From Octopus vulgaris (taxonomy: Eukaryota), in NCBI GenBank assembly GCA_951406725.2, contig OX597817.1:74710001-74774000 (forward strand): a DNA stretch of 64,000 nt, written 5' to 3'. Both the position numbers and the translations under genes were made by a program. Below the pieces are notes generated by a model, which worked only from the letters and a program-made list of their open reading frames with translations, had not been told where the DNA came from and did no database searches. Shown here piece by piece: positions 55,378-64,000 of the stretch; the stretch's first letter is position 1, and each line of letters opens with the position of its first letter.

Positions 55378-55594
55378 TTAACCCTTTCGTTACCAACCCG
55401 GCTGAAACTGGCTCTGTAGTACAAATGTCTTGTTTTCATAAGTTTTAAATTAAAATCTTCCACCAAACCTTAGTCACAATTTATGTTCCTAACTGAATGA
55501 TAACTAAGTTATTTTACTAAATTCCTTAATACATTTAAAGTAATTGAAAGAAACACAGAGCATCTCAAAATAAATACAGTAGCGAAAGGGTTAA
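55378..55594 (-). mobile_element. piggyBac-like MITE, same family, inverted
   Basis: TTAA|CCCTTTC...GAAAGGG|TTAA; reverse complement of 55104-55333. Confidence 0.78.
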
Positions 55595-56529
55595 GCACTA
55601 CAGACTATTACATAGAACATGGAGACCTTTGGACATGTTTTGCATTATTATTAGCTCTTTATTGTGTAATAAACATTATAGTAAATGCTGTTTTGTTGAG
55701 CTCTCCACTACTGTTAATTAACAAAATGTTGTGATATTAGTTTTATAATTACCACTTTATTGGCTGAACTTGATTGTTACACCATAACTCTCTCTCCCCA
55801 ACTCATACACATACACTATATTACTAAAGCATCATAAACATGAAAATTTAATTCTAGATTTTGTTTGTTGTTGAGGCAGCACATGTGCTGATAATCATTA
55901 AACCTTCCTGCTGAAAATACAGAATATTTGGAGATTATCCCTCTTATTCTAAATGTGTTGTAAATCTATTACATAACGGGGAATGTGTTTATTAAAGTAA
56001 GCTTTCTTATGGCAATCATTTTGATAAACAACAAAATAGTTTTGGGGTAATATAACTCCTTCTTAAACGGTATTTATGATATAGTGGTAACTTGGGGATT
56101 GCTTTTTTTTTTTCTGTTTTATGTTGTTGTTGTTCAGTGTGACTTAAAGGTTTCTTAAGCAGTGGTTGTGGTGATTACTACTTTAACAAAAGTGGAACAT
56201 ACACTATAATTTGAACTAGTTACAGTTGGAGGGATATTTCCTTTAGAATTTTTGTTTGTTTTTAAATATTGGAACATCCTATTTACAGTATGTTTAATTC
56301 AATATTGATGATGCATCGATAGTAATATGAGAAATGATGCTGGTATACCAGGAAACCTACTACTATTTCCTCTGTTGTGTTTTTATGTCTGCAACATATC
56401 TGTTCTTCATTAACTGTGAAATAAAAAAAATAGAACAAACTGGGAGTAGTAAATTTTGCTATATTTTAATAAAGGAAAAAGTGAAACTGTATAAATACTA
56501 ATTGGGCCAATGCTTATATAATTATGAAC

Positions 56530-58330
56530 TATTCAACCTTTTTGTTACCATATTTATACTGAAATATATTGCAATTAATTTTGAAATAAAAAAAAATTAT
56601 GAAAATAACTTTGCTATTAAGCTAATGTTTGGAACATAAATTTACAGGAATTTAGGTGGCAAGTTTTTTTGGATCACTTTAAAATAGGAAGTTTGTATCA
56701 TAGAACAAGGGGTGGTCTTGCTCAGCCTGGTATGAAAAAGGTTGTTAATCCTTTTGTTGCCATATTTTTACTGAAATGCATTGCCTTTGTTTCAGTTAAT
56801 TTTGAAAATAATTTTGTATAATAACTTTGTCTTTATTATGCTGGTATTTGGACCATAAATTAACATGGAAATTTGATGAAAGGTTTTAGTTTAGGTCACT
56901 TTAAAGCTGGCAGTCTGCATCATAGAACCAGTGGTGGTCTCAAGTGGATTTGTACATATGTGTTAATTTCATGCCAGTGTTTTCTTGTTGGCTTAACCTG
57001 AGAATCAACAACCTCAGTTACTACTATAGTTTTTTATCCTGTGATTCAAGCCAGATAGCACACATACATGCACATTGGCTTATTTGCCTTTCTCTAAAAA
57101 TAAGTGAAAATGTTTTGGCACCTAGTACAATCAATAAACCGTTTTGCAGATTTGATCATGACTTCAATTGAGGCTTCAAATATTTAATAGTAATCTCAAG
57201 TAAATTTTAGAGGTCGTCTAATAAAAAAAAAAATCATATTCAGTGTTCTCACTGTTAGTTATGATGACTCAGCCCTGCCTTAAGGTGCATTTTTTAGTTT
57301 GACTGTTTCGTTTTTGTTAGCAATTTTTTTAGCTAATGGCGAAGGTGTTTTAAATATTTAGCATTTGATATATTTAAATCCAAATGATGACGCATGTTTA
57401 GTATTAGATTCAAGGATAACATTTTGTTTTTCTAAAGCTTCTAAGCTATTCAGGATTGTTAATGTTAGTTCTTATTGTTTCTACAGCTTGAAAATATTAA
57501 AACAAAACAGTCAAGTATGCAGATAATTCTAAACATTATACCACCAAACACCATAGTCCTTTTATCCTCTGATTTTGTTTATTTTGTTTCTTTTTTACCA
57601 ATTCTTTTACAGGTTATTGTTCATAAAACTATTCATATTTAAAGCAGGTAGCAGCATCAAGAATTTTAAGATTTAGTGAATAGTAGTAGTTGCTACCAGT
57701 GCTATAGTTTGCATATAGACAATACTCTTTTTAACTTGTGTGTCAAGCTGTGTGTACCTTAAGGTGTTTAGTGGATGTATAATCGAAAGGATTCAGCTAA
57801 AAGAAATAGCTAGGTCAGAAAATTACTCCCCTGCACCTTCGGATCCTCAACTACAAAATTTTCAGTTAAAAGGGTTGAGCTCTCAATTGAAAATAACTTC
57901 TCAGGAATATAAACAGTATTGTTTTATGTGACTTTTTAAAAATATCTCTAACATTAACCTTTTGTTACTAAATCATTATTGAAATGAATTTTTGCTTCAA
58001 TTAATTATGAAAATAATGAAAAATTTAGTAAAATAACTTTGTTATTGTTAAGCTGGTGTTTGGAGAACATAAATTAACATGTTAGATTGAAGGTTTTGAT
58101 TTAAACCAATTAAACTCTTTAGTTACTGTATTTCTGTTAAAGAACATTGCCATTATTTCAATAATTTTTTTAAAATGAGGAAGAATTTATTTAAATATGT
58201 TGTTATTAAGGTTATTATTATTGGGGAAAAAAAAATAAACATGAAATTTTGATGGAAAGTTTTAATTTAGATTACTTTAGAATCAGAAGTTTGTATGATA
58301 TAGCCAGGAGTAATCTTGGATGGAAGTTAT
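56530..58330 (+). mobile_element. Cluster of older copies of the TTAA-MITE family
   Basis: Copies sharing AAAATAACTTTG..ATTAAGCTGGTGTTTGGAACATAAATT at ~56535-56745, 56746-56945, 57953-58110 and 58110-58330; further copies at ~51385-51590 (+) and ~60520-60700 (-). Confidence 0.6.
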
Positions 58331-59120
58331 AAGGAAAATAATTCACCATTTGGTGTGGGCATTCTTCATTTGTTGGTATTGGTTTTGATTGGAGGAAAAC
58401 ATGCATATAAATGAGGATGTAAATATTCTATAAACACGTTTAGTCTGTTAATCTTTTAGAAACTTCATAGGTTTGCTTGCTAAATAGGTCACATTTGTTC
58501 TTAGTATTTTTTATCCTGTTTTTTTTTTTTTTTTTTTTAATTTTTTAATTTTAAATTTTTTATCTCTTTGTCTTCTGATTTCATTGGCTACCATTGTTTG
58601 CTAATATTGATTTGCTGTTACTTTGCTGTTTTAAAGCTGTGGGTTATTTTATGCTTGATTTAAGCTTTGACATGTGCTGAATAGGGTATAGTATTGTTCT
58701 GCTATTTTGCAGCAAAAAGCTAATTTGACTAGATTCTTTTTACCTTTCTCTTTGGGCTATAGCCATGTACAGGTGCCATCTTCAAAGGTTTTAGTTGATT
58801 AAACTGATCCCTGTATTTTTTGTCTGATATTTATTTTATCAATCTCTGTTTACAAATGGCTAAATTCTTACAGTCCATATTTGAATTTGATATCCTGTTT
58901 GATGCTACTCAAATTTTAACTAAATTTTGCCTGTAACTAATCTAACTAAACATAACTAAATCCAACCCTCTTATCTTTTATTGATTCTGTCCTTCCTGCT
59001 TCATCTAAAGAAAACTGAAATACTGCTTTTCTAGGGCCTGTTTTGTTCTAGATTAACAACAATACCACCATGATGATGATGATTGCACATACATTGATCA
59101 TTTTCTAAAAAAAAAATGAA

Positions 59121-59534
59121 TACTCTTACTCTTTACTCTCTTTTACTTGTTTCAGTCATTTGACTGTGGCCATGCTGGAGCGCCGCCTTTAGTCGAGTAA
59201 ATCGACCCCGGGACTTATTCTTTGTAAGCCCAGTACTTATTCTATTGGTCTCTTTTGCCGAACCACTAAGTGACGGGGACATAAACACACCAGCATCGGT
59301 TGTCAAGCAATGCTAGGGGGACAAACACAGACACACAAACATACACACACATACATATATATATACATATATACGACAGGCTTCTTTCAGTTTCCATCTA
59401 CCAAATCCACTCACAAGGCATTGGTCGGCCCGGGGCTATAGCAGAAGACACCTGCCCAAGATGCCACGCAGTGGGACCGAACCCGGAACCATGTGGTTGG
59501 TTAGCAAGCTACTTACCACACAGCCACTCCTGCG
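59121..59534 (-). mobile_element. SINE family B, full length
   Basis: Colinear with 2821-3280; (AAAGAG/AAGAGT)n-like tail on the minus strand. Confidence 0.85.
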
Positions 59535-60705
59535 AGAAATTTTTGAATTTTAATGTTCGAATTTTTTTTTTTTTTTTATTGGTTTGTGCTTTTATCTTGG
59601 CTAAAGTGAAAATTACCACAATATTCAACATGCAAATTGACAATTCAATAAGGGCTAAATTGAAGTACTAGAATTAGTTGCTTCCCCCCCCTCCAAATCA
59701 CACCCTGTTACCTTCCCAAAAAGAAAAGAAAAAGAAAACAGTTTGTCTTTGATCATAGGTCTCATTGATCAAGACTGACCAGAGTTTAATTATAGCGACA
59801 GTAAAGATGCAGACTGCAACTTTTGTTATTATATGTTGCCTTCATTTTGTGTGTGTGTTTATGGCTAAGAAGAAGCTTGTTTCCCAACCATATGGTCTCA
59901 GGTTCAGTCTCACTGTGTGGTACCTTGGGCAAGTGTCCTCTATAGCCTTAGGCCAACCAAATGCTTTGTGTATGGATTTGGTATGCAGAAACTGAAAGAA
60001 GCTCATGTGTATGTGTGTGTGTTTATTTGATTTGTACAAAAGACTTATGTCACTTTTCCCCTAATTTATATCAAAACAACACCTAGTGAATTTCTTTAAG
60101 TAAATCTCTGTAAACTTTTTTGGAATTCTTTGGTTGTTCCTATAACTGTTGTAGTCTTTTCTTTGTATTTTATTTTCAAAACCTGAGGATGTTTTATAAC
60201 TGTCATTTTCATCCTTCTATGTTTAGAGGAAAAAAGATTAGCAAACATGATATCAAAGCAGTGCCAGTGTGTATGTAAATAAAGAAATAATTATCTCAAG
60301 TATGCCTCTGATTAAGAGGCCTTCATCAATGAATCAACTTTAATCAACCCTATTAACTTTAAGGTGAGAGGGGAAATAGAAGTGGTAATAACTATGCATT
60401 AATGATATAAGAAAAATGGGATAGCTACATGGGTTTGTTGGAATTTTGTTCCTTACATTATGTATATACGAAAGTAAATGCATGTGTGTGTGTGTGTGTG
60501 TGTGTAGCTTTTGATACCAACCCACTTGAGACTGCTCATGGTCATATGATATGAAATTTCTGTTTAAAAGTGATCTAGATTCAAAACCTTCCCTCAGTAT
60601 TCTTAAATGGTTTCAAACACCACTTAATATGACATTTATTTTACTAAATTTTTCATTTTCTAAATTAATTAAAACAAAGGTAGTATGCTTCAACAAAAAT
60701 ATACT

Positions 60706-60750
<45 letters not shown>

Positions 60751-63372
60751 GTAACTATGTATTTATGAATCAATAAATGTAAGTTTATATTTATATATAT
60801 TCCCAAAAGTACATTATTGTGGAAAACTATTTCTTGTATAAGATTAAGAACATTGGAATCTCTGGAATGGTATGATAGTTTAAGGGCACTGAAACTCTGG
60901 AAGGCAATGTATTGGGGACACAAAATTCTCAGAGATATGGTGACATAATGTCATTTGAGATAAACTAAAATATGTTGCTGAGAAAAGCTTGCAAAATATA
61001 ACAGAACTGATTTTCACTGTAACTTTTCATTGAGATATATGAACAAGAAAATGTGAATGAGAAAGAATATAGTTGGATCTATGAATTGTGTTATATAGGC
61101 TAGGAATTAATGATTTTTATGGATCAATTCGTACTTTACAGTGAGGAGGAGTAATAGCATTCTACCTCGGTAACTAAAGGTTTTTCCCTCAATGAAGGAG
61201 TTGCAAAGGTCATCACAGAAAGTATAGAGTTATAAAGGGAAGTACACTATTGTTCAGAACTTTTCTGTAATACCTTTTTTTATTCTTTTTTATTATCACT
61301 GGTGTTATACACCATTTTTATTATGAAAATATAATGCTGAATGATTTATGAGAGAATTTAGTCAGTCTGTTTCTCTGTAGTGGCAGGTGTGAAGTTAAAA
61401 TAGGATTATATACAGAATATTTTTAAAAGGCAGATTTAGAATCTTGAGTTTGGCTGGAGTTTTTTTTTTATGCAATGATATGGTGAGCATGCATGCAATT
61501 ATGATATTCATGTTCAGTTAATCAATATTGACATGAAAAATAACCATAAGCTTTAATAAAGGCTTGATTCAAAGTCATGTATATTGGCAAACCTGTGTTG
61601 TGTAGAAGCTTCACAGTGCTTCTTAATGTATATTTCATTAGAAATTAGTTTATCAAATATGATGATTGTTAGCATTGATAAAACTATCTTTAGCCTTTAT
61701 TTGCCCTTATATTATGATATGAAGCAAAGTGTGCGTGATATTATTAACTGTAAAGTGATACAACTCCAAGCGTACATTCACATTATATTCAGACTGTTTT
61801 CTATATTTTATAACTTACATTTCCTGTTGAACTGTACTTTAGCAACAGGAAAGTAATGCAGGTATTTTAGAAGAGGGTAAAATGTTGTTGTGTATAAGGT
61901 GTCAGATTACCAGTTTGTATATTATAGAGTTCAAATCTGTGGAAGACATTTGGTTGCTTCAGTACATTTGTCAGAAGTGAGTACTTAATCATCTGAGAGT
62001 GTTATTTGCAATAAACCAGTGTTTAATATAAAAAAATGTACCTCTCAACCAGTAAACCCTATGAAACTGAGTGAAGCACTGGCTGTTACATGCTTCTATA
62101 AGTTCATCATCATTGACATCCATGACATACTGGCATGGGTTGGCAATGTGATAGAATCTGATGGGTCCAAGGACTGCATCATACTCCAGTGACTGTTTTG
62201 GCATGGTTTTTGTGCCTGAATGCCTTCTTTATGCCAACCACTTTACAGTGTGTACTAGGTACTTTTCGCATGCCACCAGCACTAGCAACGTTGCAATGCA
62301 GGTTACAAACCTATGAAACCTGAAGAGAGGGACTTTATGCTAGCAGATGAGAGCTAAGGTATGAGAGAAGGGGTGAGGTAGAGCAAGTTCTTGTTGTAGG
62401 GGAGCTACATGGCTATTCACATTAAAGAGAGTGAGAAATGAATCTGATGTAACTTCAAAAAGATAGTGGTTATTAAGTGTTCAAGTAGCACCTCAAGTTA
62501 CGAGGAGGTAAGTGGAGAAAGAAACTAGGTGGTATGTATTTAAAAAATAGAAAAATTGTTTTACCCAAGGAGGAGTTGTACTGTAGGCTTTCACAGGCCT
62601 ACTGAAAGTGGGTGGTTCGATGTGGGTGATGTTAAAGATATAGATATTTTAAAGATGGAAAATATACCCTTTTAAAGTCTTTATAACTTCAAAACTATAC
62701 AGTTATTTTTTTACTTTTCACAATCTTTTCGTAAGTGACCAAAACTCCATTTACTGATATTTCTTCCTGTTTCTACACAATCTTAACTATAACATGATAT
62801 TCATGGTATCATATTTTGTTAGCATTGTACAACCTTCTAACTTGTGATGGCTAAGTCTCACTTTTTGTTACAACACCTAGTTTTGCACTATTTTTATACA
62901 TAAACTTGCACAAAAGCTAAAACACACACTCATACTCTCTCTCTCTCTCTCTCTCTTGTAAGGCTAAACTACTGCCTTTAGTTCAATAGTGGTTGATGCA
63001 GTGAATATTCTAGATGTCTTGCAAGGTAACAGGTGTTAAAAATACCATATTTCCCTTGTGGTATGTTTGAGCTCTCATTTTCCTTGTTTAATTCACATTA
63101 AGTCATATCACCAACCACTTGTTGAGTTATTCATTGTCATTAAATGCCTATCTCTAGATGAACTAAAATTGTATTATGTTCATATGCAAGCTCTCTCTCT
63201 CTCCCTCTGTATTTGTGTGTATGCAAATTCGTTTGACCAGGTCACCATCATTATCTCCCTTTCATTCAGCCTCTTTCTTCTGGCTATTTGATCATGTTAA
63301 ACTGTTAATCCCTACACATTTTTTCTCTCTCCACTTTCTTTCATTCTTTCTCCTATTTTTTTCTTTTTAATC

Positions 63373-63408
63373 CTTTCTGTCGAAGAGTATAGGCTTGAAA
63401 TGTAAAAG
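63373..63408 (+). ncRNA. Variant/degenerate hammerhead-like motif
   Basis: CUUU CUGUCGA A GAG uauagg CUU GAAAU GUA AAAG: HHR topology (stem I CUUU/AAAG, stem II GAG/CUU) but core CUGUCGA instead of CUGANGA. Confidence 0.4.
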
Positions 63409-63733
63409 ACTTTTCCATTCTTCCTGAGTGTTAGACTAACACACCTGCTTGTTGTTCCTACACCTGTTTTCATCTTTTGTTTTCCGTAAATTTGGCTTCA
63501 GCGTCCACTTTTCCAAGCTTGCATGGATTAAATAGATTTTATTGAAACAGGTTTTCCACAGCTGATTGCCTTTCCTGTCACCAACCCTCACCTCCATGAG
63601 CAGACATGTTTTTATAGAAGTTTAGTAATGAAGGACACTACTTGCATGACAGTGAGATTTGTTTTACAACTATCTCATGATGTCAAAGCAAGAAGACAGT
63701 AACACACCCATGCAAATATATATACATATATAC

Positions 63734-63876
63734 ATCATCATCGTCTAACGTCTGTTTTCCATGCTAGCATGGGTTGAACGGTTTGACTGGGGTCTGGGAA
63801 GCCAGGAGGCTGCACCAGGCTCCAGTCTGATCTGGCAGTGTTTCTACAGCTGGATGCCCTTCCTAACGCTAACCAC
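63734..63876 (-). mobile_element. SINE family C copy
   Basis: Homologous to 1318-1465. Confidence 0.8.
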
Positions 63877-63883
63877 ACAATAA

Positions 63884-63939
<56 letters not shown>

Positions 63940-64000
63940 GCAACAGGCTTCTTACAGTTTCCATCTTCCAAGTCCATTAACAAGCCTTTGGTTGATCTAG

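Noticed and set aside
57595-57640. Strong acceptor TTCTTTTACAG|GT as RanBP9/10 exon 2
   Set aside because: In the required phase it reads G-Y-C-S-stop, not GHGK..DAASVR.

Overview
AT-rich, microsatellite- and SINE-saturated animal genomic DNA; the repeat landscape resembles a coleoid cephalopod (Octopus-like, which is inference). The only recognisable host gene is the first coding exon of a RanBP9/RanBP10 (RanBPM/Scorpin, CTLH/GID complex) gene at 23652-23847 (+). No exon 2 was seen, so intron 1 is apparently >40 kb. The rest consists of at least four tRNA-type/RTE-tailed SINE families (one in a tandem array), two dead mariner transposons, two non-autonomous Helitrons, piggyBac-like and hAT-like MITEs, decayed RTE/R4-like/Penelope-like RT fragments and a 28S rRNA fragment. 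The most interesting signal is a set of minimal type I hammerhead ribozyme (HHR) motifs. One lies inside a 1.7-kb element (4620-6321) bounded by 106-bp inverted repeats that encodes only a decayed CCHC zinc-knuckle ORF1/Gag-like protein and no RT, a candidate ribozyme-bearing non-autonomous retroelement. All alignments and folds were done by eye; repeat boundaries are approximate. Nearly all ORFs in the supplied track are microsatellite or SINE artefacts.
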